A program made the position numbers and the translations under genes. The notes under the pieces are model-generated. The model worked only from the letters and a program-made list of their open reading frames with translations, made no database searches and was not told the origin of the DNA. Below, one piece after another: positions 17,788-27,982 of a DNA stretch of 61,443 bases (position 1 is its first letter; each line of letters starts with the position of its first letter). This stretch comes from a bacterium (GTDB lineage Bacteria > Verrucomicrobiota > Verrucomicrobiia > Limisphaerales > UBA11358): positions 1 to 61,443 of the forward strand of contig JAJXYT010000014.1 in the NCBI GenBank assembly GCA_021780375.1, read 5' to 3'.

Positions 17788-18969
17788 CTACGGCTTCTTG
17801 AGAATCTTCCCGAACTCGCCTTCGACGGGTTCGATTTCAATCCGTCCGCTTCCCGGAGCGGCATGGGGCCTGGCTTTCTTTTCCACTGTCTTGGGCGCGC
17901 CGGCGGTCAAGGCCGGCAGCGTGACAGCCGGGAGAGACTCGGCCGGTTCGCCGTCGGGCGGTTCCGCGTTCTGGCCGGGGATGAAGAAGTTGCCCCGGGT
18001 CTCGAGCCATTTGGCGTAACGCTGGAACGTCCACATGCCGTGATCGGCGCCGGTCTCAATCGCGGTGATGACTTTGAAAAATTCGCGGGTGCGGATGAAG
18101 TTTTTCACGGCGTGGGTCGCCATCAGGATTTCACACTCGGGCACGAGGATGTTCAAGTCCTGCCGGAACCGGAGCCGCTGGGAAATGACCGCGACGAGGC
18201 AATCAGCCAGTTGTGAGCAGACGGCGCTTTGAATTTCCGCCGGAAAAGCCGAAGCCACGCGTTGGATCGCCTCGGCGCAGGTCGAGGAATGCACTGTAGC
18301 CAGGACGAGATGGCCGGTTTCCGAGGCGCTTAAGGTGAGGCGCATCGTTTCCGGGTCGCGCATTTCACCGACCATCAGCACATCCGGGTCCTCGCGCAAG
18401 GCGTCCAGCAGGGCCTGCTCGAAACTCGGCGTATCGCGTCCCACCTCGCGCTGGCGGATGTAGGCGCGGCGCGGGCGGAAGGTATATTCGATGGGGCTTT
18501 CGACCGTCACGATGTGGCGCGTTTCAGAAAGATTGATTTCCTGGATCAAGGCAGCCAACGTCGAGGATTTGCCGCTGCCGGTGGGGCCGCAAATCAGAAT
18601 CAGACCGTGGGTGTTCCTGACCAGTTTTTTCAGGTCCGGCAGCAGGTTGAGTTTTTCCACCGTGGCTTGAAACGCCGCGAGCAGGCGGATCGCCATGCCG
18701 ACGCCGCGCGAGGATTGCAGCACGTTGATGCGGCAACGAACGCCACGGACGGTTTTGGACAGGTCAAACGAGCGCCGATCGAGAAAGGCCGGCCACTGGG
18801 TTTCACCGATGAGCGTCCGGGCCATGTCCAGCAGGGTTTTCGGCGCAATCGGTTCGCCGGCCACCCGCAGGGCGCCGCGGATGCGCAATGCCGCCGGCAT
18901 CCCGGCTTCCAAATGCAGGTCGCTGGCGCCGTTGGCCGCCGCCGATTCAATCAATGATTCCAATTCCAT
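17788..18969 (-). CDS. PilT/PilU-family type IV pilus retraction-type ATPase
   Basis: ASDLHL, GPTGSGKS, ALREDPDVLMVGEMRD, ETGHLVLATVH. Confidence 0.92.
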   Translation of the reverse strand: MELESLIESAAANGASDLHLEAGMPAALRIRGALRVAGEPIAPKTLLDMARTLIGETQWPAFLDRRSFDLSKTVRGVRCRINVLQSSRGVGMAIRLLAAFQATVEKLNLLPDLKKLVRNTHGLILICGPTGSGKSSTLAALIQEINLSETRHIVTVESPIEYTFRPRRAYIRQREVGRDTPSFEQALLDALREDPDVLMVGEMRDPETMRLTLSASETGHLVLATVHSSTCAEAIQRVASAFPAEIQSAVCSQLADCLVAVISQRLRFRQDLNILVPECEILMATHAVKNFIRTREFFKVITAIETGADHGMWTFQRYAKWLETRGNFFIPGQNAEPPDGEPAESLPAVTLPALTAGAPKTVEKKARPHAAPGSGRIEIEPVEGEFGKILKKP

Positions 18970-19020
18970 GTGATTTTAAGCTGTTTAAAGCAACCCTCGG
19001 GCCAAGGAAAAGTTCCAGAA

Positions 19021-19785
19021 TTAAACAAGGGAATTTTTCCACGCGGCCACGGCCGCCTTGATTTCCGCCGCGCAATTCACCCGCGGTTTGACAAAACGCG
19101 GCGTGAACCACGGGAACATGCCAATCAAATCCGACGTCACCAGAATCTGCCCGTCGCAGCCGGGGCCGCTGCCGATGCCAATCGTCGGAATCGGCAGCGC
19201 TTGGGTCAATTCCTGTGCCACCGGTGGCGTTACCAGTTCCAGAACAATCGCAAATGCGCCCGCGGTTGCCAGGGCCTGCGCGTCCTCGAGCAGAGCCTGG
19301 TGTTCCGGGTCCATTTTGCCTTTGACGTGATAACCGCCTTCTTCGACGGCGTGTTGCGGCAACATGCCCAGATGTCCGCAAAACGGGATGCCGGCGGAAA
19401 TAATCGCGCGAACCGGGTCAAGGATTTCATGTCCACCTTCCGCCTTCACGAACTCCGCACCCGCGGCAGCGAGGCGCTTTGAATTCTCAACCGCCTGTTC
19501 CGGTGTCTCGTAACTTTTGAACGGCAAATCCGCGCCGAGCAAGGCCTTTGGCTTTGCCCGGGCGGCGGCACGCACGTGATGCTCCATTTCGGCCATGGTC
19601 ACGTGCGTGGTGTCGGGGTAACCGAGCACCACCATGCCGAGCGAATCGCCGACGTGGATGAGTGGAATACCCGACTCGTCGAGCAGTTTCGTCAGGGGAA
19701 AATCATAGGCCGTCAACGCGGCAATTTTCTCACCGCGGCTTTTCATCGCGCGAATGGCGGCAACGGTGATTTTTTGTGAGTCCAT
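19021..19785 (-). CDS. panB: 3-methyl-2-oxobutanoate hydroxymethyltransferase
   Basis: LTAYD, VGDSLGMVVLGY, GHLGMLPQ, IGIGSGPGCDGQILV. Confidence 0.96.
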   Translation of the reverse strand: MDSQKITVAAIRAMKSRGEKIAALTAYDFPLTKLLDESGIPLIHVGDSLGMVVLGYPDTTHVTMAEMEHHVRAAARAKPKALLGADLPFKSYETPEQAVENSKRLAAAGAEFVKAEGGHEILDPVRAIISAGIPFCGHLGMLPQHAVEEGGYHVKGKMDPEHQALLEDAQALATAGAFAIVLELVTPPVAQELTQALPIPTIGIGSGPGCDGQILVTSDLIGMFPWFTPRFVKPRVNCAAEIKAAVAAWKNSLV

Positions 19786-19793
19786 GTGTTCAG

Positions 19794-19847
19794 GGCAGGG
19801 ACGGCCCGCTGAGCCGTCCGCGGACACCCGGGCCGCGCGTCCCTACC
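19794..19847. repeat. GTAG-type REP-like inverted pair
   Basis: GGCAGGGACGGCCCGCTGAGCCGTCCG followed by CGGACACCCGGGCCGCGCGTCCCTACC; its CTA is the hldE-like stop codon. Confidence 0.7.
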
Positions 19848-20862
19848 TGTTAAAACTATTGATCAATTCCTCCGGTGAGATTGTGGCGGTGCCGACTTTC
19901 CCGACGACGAGGCCTGCCGCGTGATTCGACAGGAGTGCCGCCTCCAGCGGCGACGCGCCGGCGGCAATCCCCAGCGTAAACGTGGCGATGACGGTGTCAC
20001 CGGCGCCGGAAACATCGAACACTTCCTGCGCCACGGTGGGGATGTGGACCGGCTTCTGCCCGTGCTGACAGAGCAACATGCCCAGTTCGCCGAGCGTGAT
20101 GAGCAGGACCGCCGGCCGAAGTTCGTTGAGCAAACGTTCGGCGGCGAGCATGAGATTTTTATCGGCGAGCGGATTCGGGCAGCGCGTTTCGTCCAGCAGG
20201 GCCGCCAGTTCAAACGCTTCCTTGCGGTTGGGCGTGATGAGCGAAAGGCCGGCCAGGTTCAAATGGTGGACCGGTTTGGGGTCAAAGCTCAACCAGACGC
20301 CGCGCGCGCGGCAAAGCGATTTAAGTTCGTTGAGCAACGGCTGGGTGATGACGCCCTTGCCGTAATCGCCGACAATCACGGCGTCGGCCTGCGGGAGTTT
20401 TGATTTGATTTCCGCCAGCAGGCGACCGGTCAGGCGCGTGTCCAGACCGTCGCGCGTTTCGCGGTCAATCCGGACGACCTGTTGCTGGTGGGCGACGATG
20501 CGGGTTTTGACGCTGGTCAGGCGGGCGGCGTTGGCCAGCAGGCCGCCGCAGTGGATGTTTTGTCCGCAGAGCAGGTCTTTTAAACGGCGGCCATTTTCAT
20601 CCCGGCCAACCATGCCAAAAACGTCCGTGAAGACTTTGAGCGCGGCCAGATTGCGGGCTACGTTGGCCGCGCCGCCCGGCATGAAGCTTTCGCGCGCGAA
20701 TTCCACGACGGGCACCGGCGCTTCGGGCGAAATGCGCGAGACGCCGCCCCAGATGAATTGGTCGAGCATCACGTCGCCGATGACCAGCACGCGGGCCTGG
20801 CACGCGGCGGCCAGCAATTTCCGGACGCGCGCAACCGGTAATGTGGTGTAATGCACGACCAT
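19843..20862 (-). CDS. rfaE1: D-glycero-beta-D-manno-heptose-7-phosphate kinase (RfaE domain I, PfkB family)
   Basis: VIGDVMLD, RISPEAPVPVV, GGAANVA, DYGKG, DVSGAGDTV. Confidence 0.93.
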   Translation of the reverse strand: MVVHYTTLPVARVRKLLAAACQARVLVIGDVMLDQFIWGGVSRISPEAPVPVVEFARESFMPGGAANVARNLAALKVFTDVFGMVGRDENGRRLKDLLCGQNIHCGGLLANAARLTSVKTRIVAHQQQVVRIDRETRDGLDTRLTGRLLAEIKSKLPQADAVIVGDYGKGVITQPLLNELKSLCRARGVWLSFDPKPVHHLNLAGLSLITPNRKEAFELAALLDETRCPNPLADKNLMLAAERLLNELRPAVLLITLGELGMLLCQHGQKPVHIPTVAQEVFDVSGAGDTVIATFTLGIAAGASPLEAALLSNHAAGLVVGKVGTATISPEELINSFNR

Positions 20863-20981
20863 CTTTTAACCCGTATTGGCCGGCAAAGGAAACAAAGAAT
20901 TAAGCCCGGCGAGTGGCAAAAAGTTTCCGCGCCCCGGGTCGCGAATTGGGGCGCGGAGGCGCAGTCTGATTGTGAGCGGGG

Positions 20982-21761
20982 TTAGAACGTCCAGGTAAAA
21001 CTGATGACCAGGGAGTGAGTATAGAATCCCTGTTCCTTGAGTTGATAATACGTGGTAGGGGGTATTCCACCACTGAAACTTTGAGTCGCATTCCAGCTGG
21101 GGTCCGTCGTGCCAAGAAATTCATAAGAAATATCGAAGGCGGCAGATTTGGACAGTGAGTAACGCAAACCCGCTTTTGCCTGATAGGCAAAGACAAAATC
21201 GTTGTCCCGTGCGTAATAGCTGGTTGGGCTGTAGCGGTAGGAAAGAATTGAGGCAGCCCCGCCGGCTCCGATTCCCATGTAGGAAGACCACGGACCTTTG
21301 AGGGGAACATTATAAATCACATTCAACAGCATCGGGACGGTGTAGGTGTTTAAATTCAAATTGAGCGTTGGATTATCCGCGGAACTCCAGATTAACCCTG
21401 TGTCAAATTCCACCGACCACCGCCGGTTGATATTATAGCCCGCATTAACATCCGCCCGGACTCCGGGGTTGAACGCTAAATTTCCGCTGCTGGAGGTGGT
21501 TGACGAGCCGTTCGAGCTGAATATTTCAAAGGTCGTGTCCGGTTGGTACAAGTAGCCGGCACCAAGCTGGGCATAGAGATTTCGCGTCAGAAAGAAGTGT
21601 GAACCACTGGTCGCAACCTCCGGATTTTGCGTCCGGGGCTGGGAATTGGGGATCGTCCAGACCGTTGAACCTTGTGAACCTTTCGCCCAATCCTGTGCGG
21701 CTCCAGCCAGAGTGGACATGACCAGAACGGCAACGACGATTGTGATTGAACGAACGTTCAT
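20982..21761 (-). CDS. Outer-membrane beta-barrel protein (OmpA/OmpW-like)
   Basis: Signal peptide, alternating aromatic beta-strands (FAYQAKAGLRY), C-terminal FTWTF; lower GC than neighbours. Confidence 0.82.
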   Translation of the reverse strand: MNVRSITIVVAVLVMSTLAGAAQDWAKGSQGSTVWTIPNSQPRTQNPEVATSGSHFFLTRNLYAQLGAGYLYQPDTTFEIFSSNGSSTTSSSGNLAFNPGVRADVNAGYNINRRWSVEFDTGLIWSSADNPTLNLNLNTYTVPMLLNVIYNVPLKGPWSSYMGIGAGGAASILSYRYSPTSYYARDNDFVFAYQAKAGLRYSLSKSAAFDISYEFLGTTDPSWNATQSFSGGIPPTTYYQLKEQGFYTHSLVISFTWTF

Positions 21762-22005
21762 TTCTATTTTGCAACCAATAGCAACTCTAATGCCATCGGG
21801 TTTATGTGCGAATGTTCCCGAGAAGCAGGCGACAGGAAAATCCGGTTTGGAATCCGGGATATGCATTTGGGAGGGACAGCCCTGTAAAACTTTGGTGGCT
21901 CGGGTCACAACCGCTTTCCGTCTTTGCGGAAAAGCCGGCCGGTGCCTAAAATTACGTTTGTCTGTCCCGTAAAATTCGCCCGATCCCGTTCTGGAGATAG
22001 ACCGT

Positions 22006-22794
22006 CTAGTCCAGAAAGGCCGTCAGCGGACTCGTGGCGCTGGCGGTTTCCTGTTGTGCCGCGAGACCGGTTTCGTAAGCGGCGCGCCCGGCCTCGACCG
22101 CGTTTTTGAAGGCGATCGCTATCCGGTTCGGATCGCTCGAAACGGCGATGGCCGTATTGACGAGCACGGCGTCGGCGCCCATCTCCATTGCTTCCGCCGC
22201 GTGGCTCGGCGCGCCAAGACCGGCATCCACGACCACCGGGACCGTCGCCTGCTCGATGATGATGCGGATTTGATCGCGCGTCTGGATGCCGCGATTCGAA
22301 CCGATGGGTGAGCCAAGCGGCATCACCGTCGCGCAACCGGCGTCCTGCAACCGCTTGGCCAGCACCGGGTCGGCGTTAATGTAAGGCAATACCGTGAACC
22401 CTTCCTCGACCAGCATTTCGGCGGCCTTGAACGTTTCCACCGGATCGGGCAGCAGATAACGCGGGTCGGGATGGATTTCGAGTTTGATCCATTTCGGCAA
22501 ACCGGCGGCGGCGGCGAGGCGCGCGAGCCGGACGGCTTCCTCGGCGTTCATGGCGCCGCTGGTGTTGGGCAGCAGAAGATATTTTTTCGGATCAATAAAC
22601 TCCAGGATGTTCGCGAACGGGTCGTGCCGGCCGCTTAAATCGGCGCGGCGCAGGGCGACAGTGACCAGTTCCGCGCCGCTGGCGTCCAGGGCGTCGCGCA
22701 TGGCTTCCGGCGACGAAAATTTTCCCGTGCCCAGAATCAGGCGCGACCGGAAATGTCTGCCCGCGATAACCAAAGATTGGTTGGCCAACGACAT
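22006..22794 (-). CDS. thiG: Thiazole synthase
   Basis: [51 protein letters not shown]. Confidence 0.97.
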   Translation of the reverse strand: MSLANQSLVIAGRHFRSRLILGTGKFSSPEAMRDALDASGAELVTVALRRADLSGRHDPFANILEFIDPKKYLLLPNTSGAMNAEEAVRLARLAAAAGLPKWIKLEIHPDPRYLLPDPVETFKAAEMLVEEGFTVLPYINADPVLAKRLQDAGCATVMPLGSPIGSNRGIQTRDQIRIIIEQATVPVVVDAGLGAPSHAAEAMEMGADAVLVNTAIAVSSDPNRIAIAFKNAVEAGRAAYETGLAAQQETASATSPLTAFLD

Positions 22795-22839
22795 TCCAAC
22801 AATTTAAGAAAAAATCCGCCATTGTCGAGACGGGAAGGG

Positions 22840-23354
22840 GGATAATGGTTGGTTGCAAACCCCGGATGAAACGCCACGCCCAGCAAACCGGAATCGTCCC
22901 AGCCCTGGCATTGATGATGAACGTCGAGCACGAGTTTTTTTTGCGGCACGCCCGGATTATTTTCAAACGTCCAGACGCGGCCTTCGCGTTCCCAGACGCA
23001 TAATTCATTCGTGCCCGGTACCGACGTGAGGCCGACGGCGTTGGTGAAAAGCAGGTTCGGAAACGCAACCACTGCCGACCAGTCGCCCGAAATGGCCGGC
23101 GCGGTTTCCGGCATGGCGCCATTCAAAAAAGCGCCGCTGGCCGGGCGTGAATCCAAGCCATAAGGGTTTCCCCGGACCGGCGGAACCCCAACAGCCAACA
23201 GGTAAAACAGAAGTAAAATTCGCCTGCCTTTAAGAGCTCCAAACACAAACGAACCTTGGGTGGAATTTGCCTTCCCCATTGCGGGTAGGTTCATCAAGAC
23301 AACGTTACCAGACTTGCCTGCTTCTGACGGAGTGTCAAATCCAATGCCGGACAA
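22840..23354 (-). pseudogene. Truncated PQQ-dependent glucose/sorbosone-dehydrogenase-like secreted protein
   Basis: VVAFPNLLF, VWEREGRV, GLLGVAFHPGFATNHY are the N-terminal GSDH-type propeller motifs; similarity stops abruptly and the ORF runs into thiG. Confidence 0.7.
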
Positions 23355-23686
23355 GGCTGGTGCGATTGCTCGCGGTGGACGAAACCGCGGCCCTTGGGTC
23401 TTTTGGCGGGATGGTTGTCGGCGTGAGTCATCTAACGGCTTTGGATGTCAGCGATCCGCCGGCGGAAATAAATGATGTTCTCAACATTATCCCTGCGGAA
23501 ACGATTCTCTATGTCACCAAAGATATCGCCCTGGCCGCGATTGCTCCAGCCGGATCGCTGGTGACCATTTCCCAGGTTTCCCAATCGTTCCATCAAGTTC
23601 CCGAGCCGGGCACGATATTGCTCGGGAGCCTGGGTGGCGGCTTGCTGCTGTTGCTGAAGTTGCGGCGCCAGGCAAGGCATGATTAA
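23267..23686 (+). pseudogene. PEP-CTERM protein, probably 5'-truncated
   Basis: LYVTKDIAL...SQSFHQVPEPGTILLGSLGGGLLLLLKLRR; no signal peptide at the N-terminus. Confidence 0.65.
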
Positions 23687-23721
23687 TAGGTCGCCTGCAC
23701 TCTTCATAGATTTCCATAAAA

Positions 23722-23770
23722 ATAAAGCGCCGGCGGATCGAACAAGAAGTCGGTCTGCCGGTTTGTTTTA
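23722..23770 (+). terminator. Rho-independent terminator (possibly bidirectional)
   Basis: CCGGCGGATCGA...TCGGTCTGCCGG stem, T-rich tail and A-rich lead. Confidence 0.55.
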
Positions 23771-23872
23771 TGTCGGATTCCCCCCGGGCAAGCTAATTTC
23801 AGCCGGCTTCGACTCGAACCCTGATTAAAATTGGCGCTTGGAACCGGTGCGCGGCGATTTTAGGTTTACACC

Positions 23873-24643
23873 ATGTTTCGGCCCTGTATTGACCTGCACG
23901 AAGGCAAGGTGAAGCAAATCGTCGGCGGCTCGCTTGGTGGTTCGGGCGTGCGGACGAATTTCATCGCCGAAAAACCGGCCGCGTGGTTTGCCGAACTTTA
24001 TAAGCGCGACGGACTGGCCGGCGGCCACGTCATCCAGCTTGGCGCCGGCAACGAGCCTGAAGCCCGCTCGGCTCTGGCGGCATTTCCGGCTGGCTTGCAG
24101 ATCGGCGGCGGGATTAACGCGCAAAACGCGCGGGGCTGGCTTGATGCCGGCGCCTCACACGTCATTGTGACCAGTTGGGTCTTCCGCGAGGGTCGCGTGG
24201 ACAGGGAACGGCTCGCCGAATTGACCAGGGCGGTCGGCACCGCGCGGCTCGTGCTGGATTTGAGCTGCCGTCGGCGCGGGGAGGATTATTTTGTGGTTAC
24301 CGATCGCTGGCAAAAGTTCACGGAATTGGCCATTGCGCCGGAGGGATTGCGGAAGCTTGCTGAAAGTTGCGCGGAATTTTTGGTTCACGCGGTGGATGTG
24401 GAAGGTTTGTGTCGCGGCATTGACCGGGAGCTGGTCGGGAAACTCGGCCGCTGGACGCCCATCCCGACGACGTATGCGGGCGGCGCGAATTCGCTGAGTG
24501 ATCTGGAAGCAGTCACGCAGCTGGGGCAGGGGAAAGTCGATCTGACCATCGGTTCGGCGCTGGACCTTTTTGGCGGCCGCGGCGTAAGATACGACGACTG
24601 CATAAAATTCAACCGCCGCCAGAAAAACTCCGGCGGCGGTTGA
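23873..24643 (+). CDS. hisA: ProFAR isomerase, eukaryote-type (His6-like)
   Basis: FRPCIDLHEGKVKQIVGG, LQIGGGI, LVLDLSCR, HAVDVEGLC.GID, DLTIGSALDLFGG. Confidence 0.92.
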   Translation: MFRPCIDLHEGKVKQIVGGSLGGSGVRTNFIAEKPAAWFAELYKRDGLAGGHVIQLGAGNEPEARSALAAFPAGLQIGGGINAQNARGWLDAGASHVIVTSWVFREGRVDRERLAELTRAVGTARLVLDLSCRRRGEDYFVVTDRWQKFTELAIAPEGLRKLAESCAEFLVHAVDVEGLCRGIDRELVGKLGRWTPIPTTYAGGANSLSDLEAVTQLGQGKVDLTIGSALDLFGGRGVRYDDCIKFNRRQKNSGGG

Positions 24644-24661
24644 GATCATCAGGAACAGCAC

Positions 24662-25003
24662 TTATTTAGCGGCTTCAATTTTGGAGGGCACCAGCATTTC
24701 CTTGCCATTCTTTTCGGTGACCTTGCCGGTCACCGTCGCTTTTTCGCCGTCATTCTGGCAGATGTTGGAGTGGAAGTCCTTGCTGACCTTGTTTTGGGTC
24801 AGGTAGTAGTTGACGCTCTTGCCGTCCTTCTCGACCTGCAAGACGTTCTGGCACTTGGACGTTTCGTGCAATTTGCATTTACCGCAGACCATCGTGCCGG
24901 TCAGCGTGGTTTCCGTGCTGGCGTCGCTGGCCAGCAGACGCGCCGCGCCAAACGCCAGCAGCAAGCCTGTCGCCAGCGTCAATGTCAGAGAGGTTCTTTT
25001 CAT
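24662..25003 (-). CDS. Small secreted Cys-containing protein (DUF6370-like)
   Basis: Signal peptide; CGKCKLH....C and FH..IC motifs. Confidence 0.75.
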   Translation of the reverse strand: MKRTSLTLTLATGLLLAFGAARLLASDASTETTLTGTMVCGKCKLHETSKCQNVLQVEKDGKSVNYYLTQNKVSKDFHSNICQNDGEKATVTGKVTEKNGKEMLVPSKIEAAK

Positions 25004-25077
25004 AGGTTATTTGAGTTTGTGTTTGTCAGGATTAAGACAGCTTAAACCAGGTTTCCATTCAAGCAAAAATGAGGGAA

Positions 25078-25563
25078 TTAATCTGCCTTCGGCTGCGCCG
25101 CGAACAGTTCGGCGATAACAATCTGGAATTCAGGGATCAGCGATTCTCCCAGCACCTCGCTTCCGGCCAGGATGCCCTTCAGCGCCAGCCCCCATTCGGT
25201 GCAATGGTAAATCTCCACGTTGTCATAGCGCGGGTCGATCATCCATAGCCGCGGCACGTGGATATCCTCGTAAAGCTGCTTTTTAATGACCGTGTCGGCC
25301 TGATGATCCTCCCGGCTGATAATCTCCACCGCCAGCCAGAGTTTGCCGGTGGCTACGGTGACCAGGGCCAGGTCAGGACAGATCGTCGCAGAAGGCGAAA
25401 CGTGGATCTTGGCGCGTGGAGCAAGCAATTGCGTGGCAGGAAGATTCGCAACGCTGGCGGTCATCAACGTGTGCAGGCGTTCGCAAATCGCTTCGTGCCG
25501 CGCGCCGGGCGCGGAACGGGGAAAGGTTTCGCCGTTTAAAATCTCTTCATAGGGCCGGCTCAT
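25078..25563 (-). CDS. Uma2-family PD-(D/E)xK endonuclease-like protein
   Basis: H at RHE, PDL, LAVEIIS..D...D...KK.LY....V..LWMIDP. Confidence 0.85.
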   Translation of the reverse strand: MSRPYEEILNGETFPRSAPGARHEAICERLHTLMTASVANLPATQLLAPRAKIHVSPSATICPDLALVTVATGKLWLAVEIISREDHQADTVIKKQLYEDIHVPRLWMIDPRYDNVEIYHCTEWGLALKGILAGSEVLGESLIPEFQIVIAELFAAQPKAD

Positions 25564-25624
25564 TCCGCCAAGCAAACCAGTGATTGGCCAGGTCGGCAAG
25601 CAGCCTTTTCCTTTAAAACAGGAC

Positions 25625-25653
25625 TTGCCAACCCGGCCGCGCACCGCTATTCT
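25625..25653 (+). promoter_or_regulatory. Sigma70 promoter of the rpsP operon
   Basis: TTGCCA-17 nt-TATTCT, 21 nt upstream of the rpsP ATG. Confidence 0.65.
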
Positions 25654-25674
25654 CCGTGCTCTTTTGAATAATTT

Positions 25675-25929
25675 ATGGCAGTAAAAATTCGCATGAAACG
25701 TGTCGGGACCAAGAATGCCCCGGTGTTTCGCATCGTGGTGGCCGACGGCCGCAGTCCGCGCGATGGCAAGTTCATCGAGGAAATCGGCACCTATCAGCCG
25801 TTGAAGAAGGGCGACAATTTTTCGCTGGACCTTGACCGCGCCAAATACTGGCTGGGCAAGGGCGCCCAGCCGAGTGAAACCGTCGCCAGTTTTATCAAGA
25901 AGGCAGGCAAGGCCACGGTTGCGGCCTGA
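25675..25929 (+). CDS. rpsP: 30S ribosomal protein S16
   Basis: [41 protein letters not shown]. Confidence 0.98.
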   Translation: MAVKIRMKRVGTKNAPVFRIVVADGRSPRDGKFIEEIGTYQPLKKGDNFSLDLDRAKYWLGKGAQPSETVASFIKKAGKATVAA

Positions 25930-25946
25930 CCTGATTTTTTTCCGCC

Positions 25947-26201
25947 ATGCAGGCCTTTTTGGAATACGTCGTCAAGGGACTGGTGCAACATCCCGAAGCG
26001 GTTTCCATTACGCCGGTCGAACGCGAAGGCATGACGGTGTACGAATTGCGCCTGGATCAGCAGGACGTCGGCAAAATTATCGGCCGGCATGGGGTGACGA
26101 TTAATGCCATCCGGTCCCTGTTGCTGGCCGGCAGCGCCCGGAAGGGATTGCGCTGCTCGGTGGAGATTGTGGAAGACCAGCCGGTGGTCAGTAGTCAGTA
26201 G
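25947..26201 (+). CDS. khpA: KH-domain RNA-binding protein KhpA/YlqC
   Basis: DVGKIIGRHG.TINAIR; canonical position after rpsP. Confidence 0.92.
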   Translation: MQAFLEYVVKGLVQHPEAVSITPVEREGMTVYELRLDQQDVGKIIGRHGVTINAIRSLLLAGSARKGLRCSVEIVEDQPVVSSQ

Positions 26202-26268
26202 TCAGTGGTCCGCAGCAAAACACTCGTGCGCTGGCTGCTCCTGACGGCTTATGACTGACTGCGGACCG
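26187..26268. repeat. Heptamer (GTCAGTA-type) inverted repeat overlapping the khpA 3' end
   Basis: GGTCAGTAGTCAGTAGTCAGTGGTCCGCAG ... ATGACTGACTGCGGACC. Confidence 0.6.
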
Positions 26269-26940
26269 ATGAAGATTGACGTGCTTACTTTGTTTCCGGC
26301 GATGTTCGCCGGGCCGCTCGATGAAAGCATCATCAAGCGCGCGCGGGTCGGCGGATTGCTGGATGTGAAGATTCACAATCTCCGTGACTGGGCGCATGAC
26401 CGGCATAAAACGGTGGACGACCGGCCCTTTGGCGGCGGTCCGGGAATGTTGCTGAAGCCGGAACCGCTCTTTGAAGCGATTGAAGAATTGCGGCGCAAAA
26501 GCACGCGTGTGATTTTGTTGTCGCCGGCCGGCCGGAAATTTGACCAGGCCGCCGCGCGCGACCTGGCCGGGCAGAAGCACCTGTTGCTGGTCACCGGCCA
26601 TTACGAAGGTTTTGACGAGCGCGTGCGGGAAAAATTGGCGGATGACGAGTTGTCGATCGGCGACTATGTGCTGACGAACGGTGCGCTGCCGGCGATGGTG
26701 GTGATTGATGCGGTGGCCCGGTTGCTGCCCGGGGTTTTGGGCGATGACGAAAGTTCGCAGGATGAATCGTTCAGTTCCGGCCGGCCGGGACTGGAATACC
26801 CGCAATACACGCGGCCGGCGGAATTTCGCGGAATGAAAGTTCCGGAGATGTTGTTGTCCGGCAATCACGCCGAGATTGAAAAATGGCGGCGGGAACAGGC
26901 AAAACAGCGGACCCGGGAGCGAAGACCGGATTTAATGTAG
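26269..26940 (+). CDS. trmD: tRNA (guanine37-N1)-methyltransferase
   Basis: [40 protein letters not shown]. Confidence 0.97.
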   Translation: MKIDVLTLFPAMFAGPLDESIIKRARVGGLLDVKIHNLRDWAHDRHKTVDDRPFGGGPGMLLKPEPLFEAIEELRRKSTRVILLSPAGRKFDQAAARDLAGQKHLLLVTGHYEGFDERVREKLADDELSIGDYVLTNGALPAMVVIDAVARLLPGVLGDDESSQDESFSSGRPGLEYPQYTRPAEFRGMKVPEMLLSGNHAEIEKWRREQAKQRTRERRPDLM

Positions 26941-26983
26941 CGGCGGTTTGTGACCGCTGGAAAAATGCGACGCGGCAGAATTT

Positions 26984-27364
26984 ATGAACCAGGCATTGTT
27001 GGAAAAAATTGAATCGGAGCAGTATCGCAAAGACGACGCGAAATTCGCCGTCGGCGACAGCGTGCGCGTGCACACCAAGGTCGTCGAAGGCGACAAGGAG
27101 CGTATTCAGGTTTTCTCCGGGGTGGTCATTGGCAAACGCGGGCACGGTTTGAATGAGACTTTCACCGTCCGCCGCATCAGCTATGGCGAAGGCGTCGAGC
27201 GCGTATTCCCGCTGCACTCGCCGCGCGTGGATAAGATTGAAGTTGAGCGCAAAGGCGAAGTCCGCCGCGCCAAACTCACTTATCTGCGCAAACGCCTGGG
27301 CAAGGGCGCGACCCTCGTGCGCGAAAAGGAAGAAAAAGCTACCGCGGAGCCGAAAACGAAGTGA
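26984..27364 (+). CDS. rplS: 50S ribosomal protein L19
   Basis: [42 protein letters not shown]. Confidence 0.98.
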   Translation: MNQALLEKIESEQYRKDDAKFAVGDSVRVHTKVVEGDKERIQVFSGVVIGKRGHGLNETFTVRRISYGEGVERVFPLHSPRVDKIEVERKGEVRRAKLTYLRKRLGKGATLVREKEEKATAEPKTK

Positions 27365-27469
27365 GCTTCTGCAAAAGGGAGCAGCGGCGTTCGCAGACTC
27401 TCGCCCGGTAGATTAGTATTGGTTTTTTGTTCTGTCATTTCCAACAGGTCCGGCTAAACTGGCGGGGTT

Positions 27470-27895
27470 ATGAGCAGGCTCGCCGTTCAATTCCTGGATC
27501 AAGGGCTGCATCGCGCTTTATTCGATGTCATGCCGCTGCCGGTATTCGTCGTGGACAAAGACGTCAATGTCCTGGAGTGCAATGCCGCTGCCGCCCGGCT
27601 GTTCAAACCGGGCCGGCCATCCAGCCGGCAACGCAAGGCCGGCGAGGTATTGCATTGTCTGCATACGACGGAATCGCCGAAAGGGTGCGGTGGCGCGGCG
27701 GCCTGTTCCGATTGCGGATTACGCGCGGCGGTGCGCGCAGCTTCCCGGGGCCAAGCGGTGACGCGTCAGCGGGCGGAAATGGAATTGGTCCGGCGGGGCC
27801 GGCCCGTCAAGGTGGAATTACGGTTGAGTTGCCAACCATTCACGTATGATCGAAGTGCTTTCGTCCTCCTGGTTCTCGAGGGTTTGAACGATTAG
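27470..27895 (+). CDS. Stand-alone PAS-like protein with Cys cluster
   Basis: PAS start LFDVMPLPVFVVD....LECNAAA; GEVLHCLH...GCG....CSDCGLR. Confidence 0.78.
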   Translation: MSRLAVQFLDQGLHRALFDVMPLPVFVVDKDVNVLECNAAAARLFKPGRPSSRQRKAGEVLHCLHTTESPKGCGGAAACSDCGLRAAVRAASRGQAVTRQRAEMELVRRGRPVKVELRLSCQPFTYDRSAFVLLVLEGLND

Positions 27896-27982
27896 CGGTT
27901 CGCGGTTCGCAAATGTGCCGCTTCGGGCTGAAATTGGAAGAGCAAGACTGCTGTGCGCCGATCAGTGGTTGGAGTCAGCGAT

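Noticed and set aside
22795-23000. TPP riboswitch upstream of thiG
   Set aside because: No recognisable CUGAGA/CCUG TPP core; the upstream DNA is a truncated dehydrogenase-like ORF.
23873-24643. Eukaryote-type hisA as evidence of eukaryote-to-bacterium transfer
   Set aside because: This subfamily is already known in several bacterial lineages, and the gene's composition matches the host.
25078-25563. Uma2 nuclease as the partner of the orphan methyltransferase or as the repeat mobiliser
   Set aside because: It lies 20 kb from the methyltransferase, Uma2 genes are commonly solitary and multicopy, and no repeats flank it.
26201-26269. Absence of rimM from the rpsP-trmD-rplS operon as a novelty
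   Set aside because: From recall, this arrangement also occurs in other PVC bacteria, and absence from the genome cannot be judged from one window.
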